64,000 nucleotides of DNA from a virus. Each line of letters opens with the position of its first letter. The stretch's first letter is position 1. The stretch lies in the IMG/VR virus record IMGVR_UViG_3300022745_000032, positions 3,788 to 67,787 of that record; one strand, given 5' to 3'. Below are positions 29,798-38,932 of the stretch, piece after piece. The notes beneath the pieces were generated by a model. That model did not search any database and was not told the origin of the DNA. It was given only the letters and a program-made list of their open reading frames with translations. The position numbers and the translations under genes are program-made.

Positions 29798-32700
29798 TAT
29801 TCCAAGTCTCCTGTTTCGGCGTCGCCTGAGATGGAATCGTCCACCTCTACCGTGGCGTAGCGGGAAATGGGGTGGAGTTGGACGCCTTGCGTCCTTTCCT
29901 CGATTACAGGATCAGGTGTCCTTTCCTCAACAAGTCCGGGCAGTACGCCGCCCTTCATCCTGACTAGGTGGGGGAGCATGACAAAGGCGTCGGCCTCGTC
30001 GGGTGAGGCATTGGCGTTGCGGGCCTTGTACTCGTCCTTCGGCTCAACCTTGATGCCCCTCTTGCCGGTGCGGTAGCGGCGGCTGGTGAGCTGATGGTTG
30101 ATTGGGGAGGTCGGAATGATTGGATTGATGAAGATGGCCCCGGTATGGGGGTCCATCCAGCGCCGGAAGGTCCACCACATCTCGGACATCACTCCCTCGC
30201 ATTGGGCGTCTGCGCCTTCGGTGTCCTCGCTGAGAATCTTTCCTTCGGTTGCGCCCTCGTTCCAGCTTACTCCATTCACATCGCCCCATACCTTGCGGAG
30301 GTGGGAATAGACGCCAAGGCCAATTCCGGTCTTGTCGATCACCACCCACTCGGGCTTGATCTTCATCATCTTGCAGCGACCGATGATTTCCTCGCTCATC
30401 TTGACGGTGTCGTCGTGCTTGGCTAGGGGGAGGAGCTGGTCGATCTGGAGAACGTGGCGGGGCTTTGATTTGGACACGTTGAGGCGGTCGGCAAACGTCG
30501 TATGCTGGCCCTTGAAATCCCTCCAGCCTGAGGCCCTTCCCCACCTGGCCACCACCATCTGGGCGGTGTCGTTGCCCATGAAGGCCAAGTCGATGGAGGC
30601 GAGAACGGACGGGTTCTCGATGAAGGTAACCTCTCCCCGCACCTGATTTGGCCAAGACGGAGGGATGATCGTGTTGACGCTGCCCGAAACCGGAGGAAAC
30701 CCTCGACCGAAGCATAAATACGCCGGGGAGTTGTCGCCACCACCCTTAAGGTACTTAAGAAATCCATCATAAGTCTGGAGGCCGTCATAGACCACCTTCC
30801 TAGCCATGACGTTTTCGCTCTTAGCTGCGTCAAGACGGCAAACCCTCCATCCGGCCTTGCTCTCATAGTCGTAAAGACTATCCAGGTCCTCAATGATCCA
30901 TCCATGATCCGGTTCAGCCAACTGGACAGCCTTGCAGGTGGTGTTCTCGGGATTGAAGGCGCATACGATCTTGACCTTCTCGGTTGAGGACAGGGAAGCG
31001 GTTAGAGAGTTAAAGTCCTGGAATGGGCCTCCGGGGATATTTTGGCAGTTATGGACACACACGCCTTCGACAAAGAAGTTGTGCGTTCCATCGACGTCTA
31101 TGCAGAAAACGACGTCTTCCTCCTCATGGTCCATTCCAACCTCAGTTGCCTTGCTAGGGCCATTCTGCATTTTGGTGAGCAGGTGAGTGCCCTCCTTAGC
31201 TTGCGAAATGGGGACCCGCATATCCTGCATGGAATTATCATCGGGCCATTTAGCATTGGCATCTCTGCTGGCTTTGGGGGTGGCGAGTCGCCCGAAATCT
31301 TGTAACTCAGGCAGGGGTGGATAAATGGACTGACTGAGGCCACAAAGCGACGCGATGCATCCGCACTCATTGCTATGATCAGCCTTCCCTTGCTCTTGCT
31401 TGGCTTCGACTGGAATCCAAGTCCCGTAAGAAACGCCGCAGCCGCATGAACATCCTCCGCTGGCCATGCGTATGTCGATAGTTTCACGTGTGGTCCCTTC
31501 AGGAACTGGCCGTGCGATGAACTGCCGTCGTCCATGAACCAAACAGCAAGCGCCATCATGTCTATCATCTTGACCATTTCTGGGTGAAAGCGCCTCACTC
31601 CGTTGATGCAGGTCTTGTGGTAGATTTCCGTGAAAATTGGATGGCTGATTGTTGTGAAGCTGTAAATCATCCCCCCGAACTCCGTCGATTGAGGACCCTT
31701 GATTTGGGAAGTTGTGAAGTTTGCCATCAGATCCCTCTTCCATCTCAAGTAATCCAGCTGGGCCACACCATGCATGAATTTGATTCTGGAGTTTGCCTTT
31801 GAGACTGGCGGCATAATTGACGCATCGCCCATTAGGCCCCCGATCACCAGTGAAAGCTGCTCCCTGCTTAACTTGTCCGAAGGTGAATAGGTTTTCATGG
31901 TCGATTTTGAGACACGTCATCCTAGACAGGATGGCCTCATCTGCAATCACAAAACCTCGCTCTTTGGTCAAAATCCTATGGTCGTAGGTAACGACCGCCC
32001 CATTTACAGAAACAAAGCGTCGGCCACGGCGCGGTACTTCTCTCCATCCGGTAATTTCCCTTGGCTCAATTATGCCAGTGGCTGGGTTGAGAGATAGGAC
32101 ATGCCCTTTAACCCTGTTCCTTACCAGTTCGCATATCGTGATAAGCGATCCGTCTGCCATCGAAACTCGCTGATCTCCGCGTACGCATTCGTCAGCGAGC
32201 ACCCTTAGACGGGAGTGGGGAGGGAGCTTTGATCCTATTGGACGCTTAACGGGAAGGGACTTGTACCCTTTGAATTGGCCGGATGTCTCTTGGGATTGCT
32301 TGAAGGCAATACCAGATATGCCGAACTCCATGCCTGCATCCTTGATCCCGATCCACATGTCGGCCTCCTTGAAGTCGAACTTGGTGGCGGGGGGAATGGC
32401 AAGGCCCCGGATGAGCTTGGCGACGTGAGGGAAGAGATTCTCCCTTAGATGCTTTTCGGAGACGGCTGCCAGCTTGATGGAGGTGTAGCGCGGGTCCTTG
32501 AGGTAATCTAAGGCCATCCATGCACCCACGGAGTACGATTTGCCCATCGAGCTTGCTCCGGGAATTAGGAGGAGGGCGGATGTCGCAACGGCGTTGAATA
32601 CGCGCTGAACGCATTCCGGCTCAGCGTTGAAGAGGACGGGTCCCCATTGGAGGGTTGCGGCCTCAAGGTACAGGCCTTCGCTTAGGAGGTGCTGGAAGAG

Positions 32701-32841
32701 ACCCCTGCAGATCGCCAGAGCCTGGGCCTTGGTTGTGACGGTGGGCTTGTTGCCCATCAGGTCCATCACATTATTCCCGGCCTCAATCCAGTTATCCGCC
32801 GAGATCAGGTCATTCAGCTCCCTTGCTTCCTTGATTGTCAT
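29797..32841 (-). CDS. terL: Terminase large subunit containing an intein
   Basis: Walker A GASSMGKS; Walker B LRVLADE interrupted by the intein; nuclease motifs IDLAFMGND, IDKTGIG, SPDEADA. Confidence 0.9.
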   Translation of the reverse strand: MTIKEARELNDLISADNWIEAGNNVMDLMGNKPTVTTKAQALAICRGLFQHLLSEGLYLEAATLQWGPVLFNAEPECVQRVFNAVATSALLLIPGASSMGKSYSVGAWMALDYLKDPRYTSIKLAAVSEKHLRENLFPHVAKLIRGLAIPPATKFDFKEADMWIGIKDAGMEFGISGIAFKQSQETSGQFKGYKSLPVKRPIGSKLPPHSRLRVLADECVRGDQRVSMADGSLITICELVRNRVKGHVLSLNPATGIIEPREITGWREVPRRGRRFVSVNGAVVTYDHRILTKERGFVIADEAILSRMTCLKIDHENLFTFGQVKQGAAFTGDRGPNGRCVNYAASLKGKLQNQIHAWCGPAGLLEMEEGSDGKLHNFPNQGSSIDGVRGDDLQLHNNQPSNFHGNLPQDLHQRSEALSPRNGQDDRHDGACCLVHGRRQFIARPVPEGTTRETIDIRMASGGCSCGCGVSYGTWIPVEAKQEQGKADHSNECGCIASLCGLSQSIYPPLPELQDFGRLATPKASRDANAKWPDDNSMQDMRVPISQAKEGTHLLTKMQNGPSKATEVGMDHEEEDVVFCIDVDGTHNFFVEGVCVHNCQNIPGGPFQDFNSLTASLSSTEKVKIVCAFNPENTTCKAVQLAEPDHGWIIEDLDSLYDYESKAGWRVCRLDAAKSENVMARKVVYDGLQTYDGFLKYLKGGGDNSPAYLCFGRGFPPVSGSVNTIIPPSWPNQVRGEVTFIENPSVLASIDLAFMGNDTAQMVVARWGRASGWRDFKGQHTTFADRLNVSKSKPRHVLQIDQLLPLAKHDDTVKMSEEIIGRCKMMKIKPEWVVIDKTGIGLGVYSHLRKVWGDVNGVSWNEGATEGKILSEDTEGADAQCEGVMSEMWWTFRRWMDPHTGAIFINPIIPTSPINHQLTSRRYRTGKRGIKVEPKDEYKARNANASPDEADAFVMLPHLVRMKGGVLPGLVEERTPDPVIEERTQGVQLHPISRYATVEVDDSISGDAETGDLE
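31048..32187 (-). mobile_element. Intein (380 aa) inserted just after TerL Walker B
   Basis: C1 CVRGDQRVSMADGS; block B VTYDHRIL; blocks F/G VFCIDVDGTHNFFVEGVCVHN; +1 Cys. Confidence 0.92.
31098..31898 (-). CDS. LAGLIDADG homing endonuclease nested in the +1 frame of the intein
   Basis: VIGGLMGDASI...HGVAQLDYLRWK...HPIFT...ALAVWFMDDGS; C-terminal CxxC...CSxxC zinc finger. Confidence 0.85.
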   Translation of the reverse strand: MKTYSPSDKLSREQLSLVIGGLMGDASIMPPVSKANSRIKFMHGVAQLDYLRWKRDLMANFTTSQIKGPQSTEFGGMIYSFTTISHPIFTEIYHKTCINGVRRFHPEMVKMIDMMALAVWFMDDGSSSHGQFLKGPHVKLSTYAWPAEDVHAAAAFLTGLGFQSKPSKSKGRLIIAMSADASRRFVASVSPFIHPCLSYKISGDSPPPKPAEMPMLNGPMIIPCRICGSPFRKLRRALTCSPKCRMALARQLRLEWTMRRKTSFSA

Positions 32842-33184
32842 CTTTCTTGGTCATCTTGCTGAAGTCGATCCCGCTTTCGGCGGGCAGGGCTTCGACGGGG
32901 GTTGCTTGGGTGGGGTCGGGATCCTTGTAGACCTGCTGGGAGAACTCGGCAAGGGATTTACCGGCCTCCGCCAGATCCCTTAGCTCCTTGGGGGTCATGG
33001 GACCATCCAGGTTCTGGAGCTTCTTGATGTTCTGCTCAAGGAGGTGGCGGATGGCTGCGGCGAGCAGGTGGTTGGCGATTCGATTCTCACCTGCATCGCC
33101 GGGAACGCGCACGATTGCGCCATCCGTCTCGACCTCGTAGGCCTTCGGCATCAATCGGGCGATTTCCTTGGTTTTAGCAGCCAT
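32810..33184 (-). CDS. Probable terminase small subunit
   Basis: Helical 124-aa protein directly upstream of and overlapping terL; positional call only. Confidence 0.45.
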   Translation of the reverse strand: MAAKTKEIARLMPKAYEVETDGAIVRVPGDAGENRIANHLLAAAIRHLLEQNIKKLQNLDGPMTPKELRDLAEAGKSLAEFSQQVYKDPDPTQATPVEALPAESGIDFSKMTKKDDNQGSKGAE

Positions 33185-33201
33185 GACTTGTTAGGGTTAC
33201 C

Positions 33202-33457
33202 TTAGCCGTTCCCCTTCTCGGGAGAGAGTCGTAGCGGTGGTACCGCTCGCAGGCGGTGATAGCGGACGGGCCTCCAGACTCCATCATAGACCGCCATGCC
33301 CGGGACCGTTTCGACGCCTTCGCCGAGCTTCTTGAGCCACCTTTTGGCGGATTGGTGGGTGACTCCCATTGCTTCCGAGATTTCATTGAGGGTATACCAT
33401 CCGGCACCTTCCGGCCTTCCACGCAGGCTATGGCGGGCGGCGTTGGCTGCTACCACC
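33202..33457 (-). CDS. Small winged-HTH protein (start uncertain)
   Basis: GWYTLNEISEAMGVTHQSAKRWLKKL. Confidence 0.5.
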
Positions 33458-33463
33458 AGCAGA

Positions 33464-34327
33464 TCACCTTCCGGCGAGTTCTGGGGTCCATGCGCAGGGG
33501 CGGGGACTTTCGTAGAGACGCTTGCGGACGTCAGGGAGTTCGCCTTTACTCTTGCCCCTGAAATCGAGTAGGAAGCCTCCCGATTTGGTTCTGGATTGCG
33601 ATACGACCTTGTGGCCGAAGCGGGTGAGCCCCTGCCACGGCGGGCTGACGATGATGATCCCGTTGTCATTCTCATAAGATCCGAATACATGGCGATGAGC
33701 GCAGCAGACCACGTTGGGCATGATCTCGCCATTGTTGACCGCCTCCAGCTGTTCCTCCGCGAGGTTGATGGAGAGTTGGGTTGCAGCCAGACCACGACGA
33801 ATGGAGGTTCCGATATGGTGCCTCCAGACCAGTCGCAGTCCATTAAAGTCGATGGTGAGGCGTTGGTGGGCCCATGAGCGGGGTTCGCCCTTGGCGTCCA
33901 CTCCCGCATAGAGGTCGGGCTTGGCCCTTAGCACCTTGGCCAATGTCTGCTCTTGGTTGTGGGTATGGCATTCGGTGCCAGCGACCACAAACACAGCCTC
34001 GGCCTTTCTGGCCAGCGGCTCAAGGATCTCAATCGCCGCCTTGAGGTGGTCGCCGGAGTCGGAGGAGATGATCTCGGTTGTCTTGTGATGCACGCCCTCC
34101 ACCGCATCCCCGTTGATGACGAGGGCGAATCCGTCCCCGTTCATCGTCTCCTCCACCCACCGGTTGAAGTCCTCCCACTGCTCCCACAACTCCTGTTGCA
34201 TCCGGTTCTGGACGATCTCATTCTCGTTCACGGTTACAAACCCCGGAGGGAGCAACGCTCTCACGCTACCAGCGTGGATGTCAGCAACGGTCAAGATCGC
34301 CTTGATCGGCTTGGAGGATTTTCTCAT
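33464..34327 (-). CDS. Calcineurin-like metallophosphoesterase
   Basis: DIHAG, NGDAVEG, GTECH, RHH and AHRH motifs. Confidence 0.85.
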   Translation of the reverse strand: MRKSSKPIKAILTVADIHAGSVRALLPPGFVTVNENEIVQNRMQQELWEQWEDFNRWVEETMNGDGFALVINGDAVEGVHHKTTEIISSDSGDHLKAAIEILEPLARKAEAVFVVAGTECHTHNQEQTLAKVLRAKPDLYAGVDAKGEPRSWAHQRLTIDFNGLRLVWRHHIGTSIRRGLAATQLSINLAEEQLEAVNNGEIMPNVVCCAHRHVFGSYENDNGIIIVSPPWQGLTRFGHKVVSQSRTKSGGFLLDFRGKSKGELPDVRKRLYESPRPCAWTPELAGR

Positions 34328-34370
34328 GGTTGTGCAGTGGTGGATACGGTGGTGGCGGGGGAAGTCAATC

Positions 34371-34571
34371 CTAGAACGATCGATTCCTTTCCGCCAACCT
34401 GACCCACTCCTCCCTTTGGAGCTTCTTGTCGTGGTTGTATCGCCAGTTGCAGTTGCGATACGACGACCTTACCTCATTCCACAACCTATCCCGGTAACGG
34501 GAGTCTTGAGACTCCTTCCCCGTAAACTCCTCGACCTTGATCAAGGATTCCCTTGGTTTGAATTGGATCAT
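34371..34571 (-). CDS. Hypothetical protein
   Basis: Short ORF in operon orientation. Confidence 0.35.
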   Translation of the reverse strand: MIQFKPRESLIKVEEFTGKESQDSRYRDRLWNEVRSSYRNCNWRYNHDKKLQREEWVRLAERNRSF

Positions 34572-34983
34572 TCAAACATCAAGATAGGTTTTGGTTGTTT
34601 AGTCAACCCGGGGTTTCAATGAACCCGGGGTTTCCCGGGGTTCGTTCTTTAGCGATTTCGGAGAGCACGTTGCAGACACAGCTCACCCAGTGAAGGGATG
34701 AGTCATGTCTGCAACGCTTGGGATCACTTCGTTCAGAAGCGCTTCCGGTTGAGTATCGCAGTTTCTTGGAGGACCATCCCCTCGGAATTGTCAATTAAAG
34801 GGTCTTGCGGCGGTCCACGCTCACGCCATTGCTGGCACAGGATTTAATGCCGGTAGGTGAATTCCGGCATCCGATTTCCCGTTGCCCTCCTTCCTAGAAA
34901 TCGGAGGGGCGTTGTTTTCAGCTGTTATCCGGGTGCTGAAGAAACCCACTACCGACATGACTTGAGGCCCATCGGCCTCCAAG

Positions 34984-35235
34984 TCAAGCGGGATTTGGCT
35001 TCATGACGGAAGGGCGCTTGTCTATGACAAGCCTACGACCGGCCTGCTTGTTGATGACATGGCCCCTTTCATCACGATCCCAATCCCGGTCCATTTGGCT
35101 GGCTATACGGGCATGTTCCGGGGCGACCCATGAGTTATCATGGTAGTGCCGACGAAATGGCCTACGGGCAGGCAAATCGGGCGAGAAAGAGAATTTAAGG
35201 GGACTATCCGACTCCTTGTTTTGGCTCATGGTCAT
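34984..35235 (-). CDS. Hypothetical protein
   Basis: Directly abuts the upstream ORF. Confidence 0.5.
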   Translation of the reverse strand: MTMSQNKESDSPLKFSFSPDLPARRPFRRHYHDNSWVAPEHARIASQMDRDWDRDERGHVINKQAGRRLVIDKRPSVMKPNPA

Positions 35236-35454
35236 TTACGGATTCTTCGCACCACCCTCCAGGTCCTTGAAGTACGGATCTACACCGTTCAGGCTGGGGG
35301 TTTCGGTGAGGTCGTACACCAACGGACCACGACGGTCCGGGATGGGGGCATTCGGCTTGGTCGCCTCGCGCATGCGCAGATAGGCGTCCTCAAGCGGTTC
35401 GATTTGATCAGCGGGCATTTCTTGGGTAGGTTGAGTTAACTCACTTCCACTCAA
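35236..35454 (-). CDS. Hypothetical protein
   Basis: Fits the operon; start uncertain. Confidence 0.45.
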   Translation of the reverse strand: MSGSELTQPTQEMPADQIEPLEDAYLRMREATKPNAPIPDRRGPLVYDLTETPSLNGVDPYFKDLEGGAKNP

Positions 35455-35483
35455 CTACCACCCTAATATGGTCCCGTCAAGGA

Positions 35484-35593
35484 TGAAGCCCGATGGAGGA
35501 TTCGAACCTCCATCCCCCGACTTAAGCGCCTTGAAGCGCCCCACCAGAAACCTCCGGTGCCATTCAGGGTCCTGCCAATTAGACGAATCGGGC
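35484..35593 (-). ncRNA. tRNA-like RNA with a 43-nt two-hairpin insert replacing the anticodon loop
   Basis: Acceptor GCCCGAT/ATCGGGC; D arm GTCT-AATTGGCA-GGAC; stem CCTGA/TCGGG; T arm GGAGG-TTCGAAT-CCTCC. Confidence 0.75.
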
Positions 35594-35803
35594 TAAGGTG
35601 CTGGCTACTTATTGATCGCGGCCAGCCATCACGTTTAAGGAGTAGTCGTGAACGCGAAAAGGGAAGAGGATCGGCCCCGATTGGAACCGACCCCCTTGTT
35701 GATTACTTGGCGTTACGCGGAAGCAGAATCTTCCACAAGGCAATGTACGCCGTTAGGATTACGGACAGGGTGACCATATCAATGAACACCCCCACGATAT
35801 GGC

Positions 35804-36145
35804 TCAGGATGGCTTCTTGTCAACTGGCTTTTGGTACCTGTCATCTATGGCCGTGCCATCCGCTTGGTTCTGGAGGACGAACATGAGCCTGCAGGCGGCA
35901 TGGGCCAGGTGGCTCCTGCCCGACTCGCCATCAAAGGTATTCCCGTCCATGAACTCGTAGATATGGCGGAGGGCGCAGGAGAGGTTCCTTGAGACCTCCA
36001 TCCCCTTCCTGTAATTGTTGAAGTCACGGTACTTGTGATGGCCGTAGGCTTGGACCATGGAAATCTCCCTCAGGGCTGCCGGAGGGAGGTTGGCCAGGGG
36101 CGGTTTGCCATCATCGTAGGTGGCGGCTTTAGCTTCCGGTGTCAT
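35804..36145 (-). CDS. dATP/dGTP diphosphohydrolase domain protein (DUF5664-like)
   Basis: YDDGKPPL...YGHHKY..NNYRKG...RH...DGESGRSHLAHAAC. Confidence 0.85.
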   Translation of the reverse strand: MTPEAKAATYDDGKPPLANLPPAALREISMVQAYGHHKYRDFNNYRKGMEVSRNLSCALRHIYEFMDGNTFDGESGRSHLAHAACRLMFVLQNQADGTAIDDRYQKPVDKKPS

Positions 36146-36338
36146 GGCAGGTGCAGGGTCGGGATTTCTTGCAGTCCTCGCAGGTGAGGCCTTCTCCGCA
36201 GCTCACCGTTTCCAGCGCATCCCAGTTGGCCTGGGCCTGGGCCTGGGCCTTGGTCAGTTCGGCATGGAGCCTTTTGACCTCGGCTTCCAGGTGGGCGATG
36301 ACCTGCTTGTAGGCGTATTCGTTGTCGGAGGTGAGCAT
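36129..36338 (-). CDS. Hypothetical coiled-coil/Cys protein
   Basis: Fits the operon. Confidence 0.45.
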   Translation of the reverse strand: MLTSDNEYAYKQVIAHLEAEVKRLHAELTKAQAQAQANWDALETVSCGEGLTCEDCKKSRPCTCHDTGS

Positions 36339-36341
36339 GGA

Positions 36342-36542
36342 TTAGGCTCCTCGTTGGGGGGTTGAACGGCACTCCTTCATGCCGAAGTGCTTCAACCAGG
36401 CAACCCCGATCTTGATGGAATAGCTGCAATCAGGGCAGAGGAAGCCGAGATCGGGATCCTCCCGCAGCTGGGACTTGTCCAAGTACTCGATCCTGCTTTC
36501 GCAGCAGGAGCAGGTGACGTGCTGGACGGCCTTGGCGTTCAT
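36342..36542 (-). CDS. Small zinc-finger protein
   Basis: CSCC...CPDC; TGATG coupling. Confidence 0.5.
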   Translation of the reverse strand: MNAKAVQHVTCSCCESRIEYLDKSQLREDPDLGFLCPDCSYSIKIGVAWLKHFGMKECRSTPQRGA

Positions 36543-36733
36543 CAGGCCACCTCCTTCATCGCCTCGACGGCACGGGCCATGCGGACGAATTCGGAGCTGA
36601 TGCTGCGCTTGGCCAGACGGTTGGCCTTGTTCAGTTGGCCGAGGCGGTAGAGGGGCTTCGGCTTTTCGAGGCCCATCCACTTGAGATAGGCCTTCTGCTT
36701 GCGACTCACCTTGGGAGCAGGTTTGATCTTCAT
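36542..36733 (-). CDS. Small basic protein
   Basis: K/R-rich; first gene of a leftward unit. Confidence 0.5.
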   Translation of the reverse strand: MKIKPAPKVSRKQKAYLKWMGLEKPKPLYRLGQLNKANRLAKRSISSEFVRMARAVEAMKEVA

Positions 36734-36789
36734 CGATTGGGGGAATATCGGGAATCGGGATTCGGAAATCAAGTCCCTTGTTCAGAAAA

Positions 36790-37116
36790 ATGAACTTTCC
36801 TCTTGAATTCATCGCCATGAGACGTACGCTCGGATCCCTCATGGAAGACAAAACAAGTCCCTCTTCGGACATGGAGGCGCTGAAGGAGCGCTTTCTGATC
36901 CTCAGCCAGCAGGCGAGTTACCTTGAGGTAACGGCCAAAGCCGCCTCCCTTGACCCATCGGTCAGGACCTTCGAGGCCGCGTTGGAGGATTTGGCGCGGG
37001 TTTCCGCCGCCGTCAGCCTCCTCCTTTCGAGGGGAGGGTTCGCCCATCCCCCGACCAACGATCAGGTCAGGAACGCCCTCAATGCGCTCAAGGAGGCGTC
37101 CAAGCTGAACAAATGA
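36790..37116 (+). CDS. Hypothetical protein
   Basis: First of an ATGA-coupled rightward operon. Confidence 0.5.
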   Translation: MNFPLEFIAMRRTLGSLMEDKTSPSSDMEALKERFLILSQQASYLEVTAKAASLDPSVRTFEAALEDLARVSAAVSLLLSRGGFAHPPTNDQVRNALNALKEASKLNK

Positions 37117-37514
37117 ACAACCGCTACCAGTTCACCTTCAGTTGGAGGGTCAAACTCCCCAAGGGGAAGTTTTGGGAGGGGGAGAGCACGATGAATATCG
37201 ACGCCACCAATCCCGTCTCCGCTATCTCGGAGTTCCACAAGCGGGTCCAGCTGAGCCGCCAGTTGGATCCCTCCAACCGCACGGTCACCCTCCGCCCAAC
37301 CCTCAGGGCGGATGAATACTCGGTCAAATCCTTCACCCAGATCTACCACGATGCCCACAAGAACCTTGTCCGATCCGCCTTCGACTACCCCCAATCCCCC
37401 AACCCCGACCTTCAGGACCATCACGGGAAGCGATTGGAGGGAGGCCATCAGAAGGGCGAGGAATACGCCGAACTCGATCTCGGATCGGCTAAGGGAGTTG
37501 CGAAATCTTCATGA
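37113..37514 (+). CDS. Hypothetical protein
   Basis: ATGA-coupled. Confidence 0.55.
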   Translation: MNNRYQFTFSWRVKLPKGKFWEGESTMNIDATNPVSAISEFHKRVQLSRQLDPSNRTVTLRPTLRADEYSVKSFTQIYHDAHKNLVRSAFDYPQSPNPDLQDHHGKRLEGGHQKGEEYAELDLGSAKGVAKSS

Positions 37515-37723
37515 AGCCAAGAATCGATCAGTTCTACCTTGATCCCCGGTTTGGCCGGATCAAGGCCGCAGGCGAGGAGGGCGATGCCTACCTCTTTCAC
37601 GGCTACGAGACCTTGAGCAAGGGGCGGATCCTGGAGTCCAGGTACGCCTACAAGATCAACCGGGACGAGTTCAGCAAACGGGTTGAACTCGGCCTTATCC
37701 AACCCTCCGTTCCCCCGCAATGA
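37511..37723 (+). CDS. Hypothetical protein
   Basis: ATGA-coupled. Confidence 0.5.
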   Translation: MKPRIDQFYLDPRFGRIKAAGEEGDAYLFHGYETLSKGRILESRYAYKINRDEFSKRVELGLIQPSVPPQ

Positions 37724-38130
37724 AGCTTAACGACTACCAATCAGGCGCCCTTAGAACCGCCCCGCAAGGCCACGACACCAACCGGGAGATGCTCCATGCC
37801 GTCCTGGGCTTGGTCACGGAGGCGGGGGAGTTGGCGGATGCCTTGAAGAAGCAGCTCGCCTATGGCAAGCCCGTTGACCGGGTGAACTTGATCGAGGAGG
37901 CGGGGGACGTGCTTTGGTACCTGCCGTTGTTGGCGAGGGCCCTCGGCACCGACCTTGAGACCATCGGCAGGATCAATTTGGAGAAGTTGAGAAAGCGCTA
38001 TCCCGACAAGTTCTCGGAGGATCTCGCCAACCATCGGACGTTGGAGGTGGAGAGGGAGACGTTGGAGAGGCTCTCGACCCCTTCCGCCCACCGCAACATC
38101 TCCCTCCTTGACCACGGGGATGAGTCATGA
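37720..38130 (+). CDS. mazG: MazG-like nucleotide pyrophosphohydrolase
   Basis: LGLVTEAGELAD..KK...EEAGDVLWYL...NLEKLRKRYP. Confidence 0.9.
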   Translation: MKLNDYQSGALRTAPQGHDTNREMLHAVLGLVTEAGELADALKKQLAYGKPVDRVNLIEEAGDVLWYLPLLARALGTDLETIGRINLEKLRKRYPDKFSEDLANHRTLEVERETLERLSTPSAHRNISLLDHGDES

Positions 38131-38805
38131 GGGTGCTTGTTGGATGCGAGATGGGAGGTCGGGTGAGGGATGCCTTCATCGCCAAGGGGCATGAGGCCGT
38201 TTCCTGCGACCTCCTTCCCTCCGAGACTCCCGGCCCCCATATCCAAGGGGACCTCTTGGAGGTCCTTGATCAAGGTTGGGACCTGGGGATCTTCTTCCCT
38301 CCCTGCACCTATCTCTCAAGTTCGGGCATCCATTGGACGAGGAGGGGGGCTGAGGGATCCCAAGCTGACGGAGGATGCGGCTTATTTCTTCCTTCGGCTT
38401 TGGCTCGCCAAGATCCCCAAGATCGCCATTGAGAACCCCATCGTGGTCATGAGCACCCGCTTCCGCCCACCCGACCAGATCATCCAGCCCTACGACTTCG
38501 GGGAGGATGCCAGCAAGCGCACCTGCCTTTGGTTGAAGGACCTCCCTCCCCTCAAACCCACCAAGAGAATCCCTCCAAGGTACGTTTGCCCCTCCTGCAA
38601 GGGAGAGTTCAGGGAGGCGGACGGATTCAAGGTTGGAAAGAACCCCAGATGCCCCTCCTGCCCCCAACCCTCCAAACTCCTCCCCCGTTGGAGCAACCAA
38701 ACCTCCTCAGGCCAGAACAAGCTACCCCCATCAGAAAGAAGGGCAATTGACAGGTCCAAGACCTACCTCGGGATAGCAAAGGCAATGGCGGAGGCTTGGG
38801 GTTGA
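38127..38805 (+). pseudogene. Phage C5-cytosine DNA methyltransferase, frameshifted at a G6 tract (38344-38349)
   Basis: MRVLVGCE...FPPCTYL in one frame; LRDPKLTEDA...IENP...KRTCLWL...RSKTYLGIAKAMAEAWG in the next frame. Confidence 0.8.
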
Positions 38806-38932
38806 CAGGATCATCCTCCCAGAATCAACGGGGAGGCCCTTCTTTTGGCTTTTACGGGCATTTGAGGGTTGGGGGTATACGTTGGTAGCCATTTGGGGAG
38901 ATCGGGCCTTTAAGGCCCCTTTCCGCCCCAAC

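Noticed and set aside
34604-34643. Repeated AACCCGGGGTTT-like palindromes
   Set aside because: Only two to three short copies, no function supportable; possibly a simple hairpin or operator.
35804-38130. Z-base (2-aminoadenine) or other modified-base genome suggested by DUF5664 and MazG
   Set aside because: No PurZ, queuosine-pathway genes or dedicated DNA polymerase recognised in the window.
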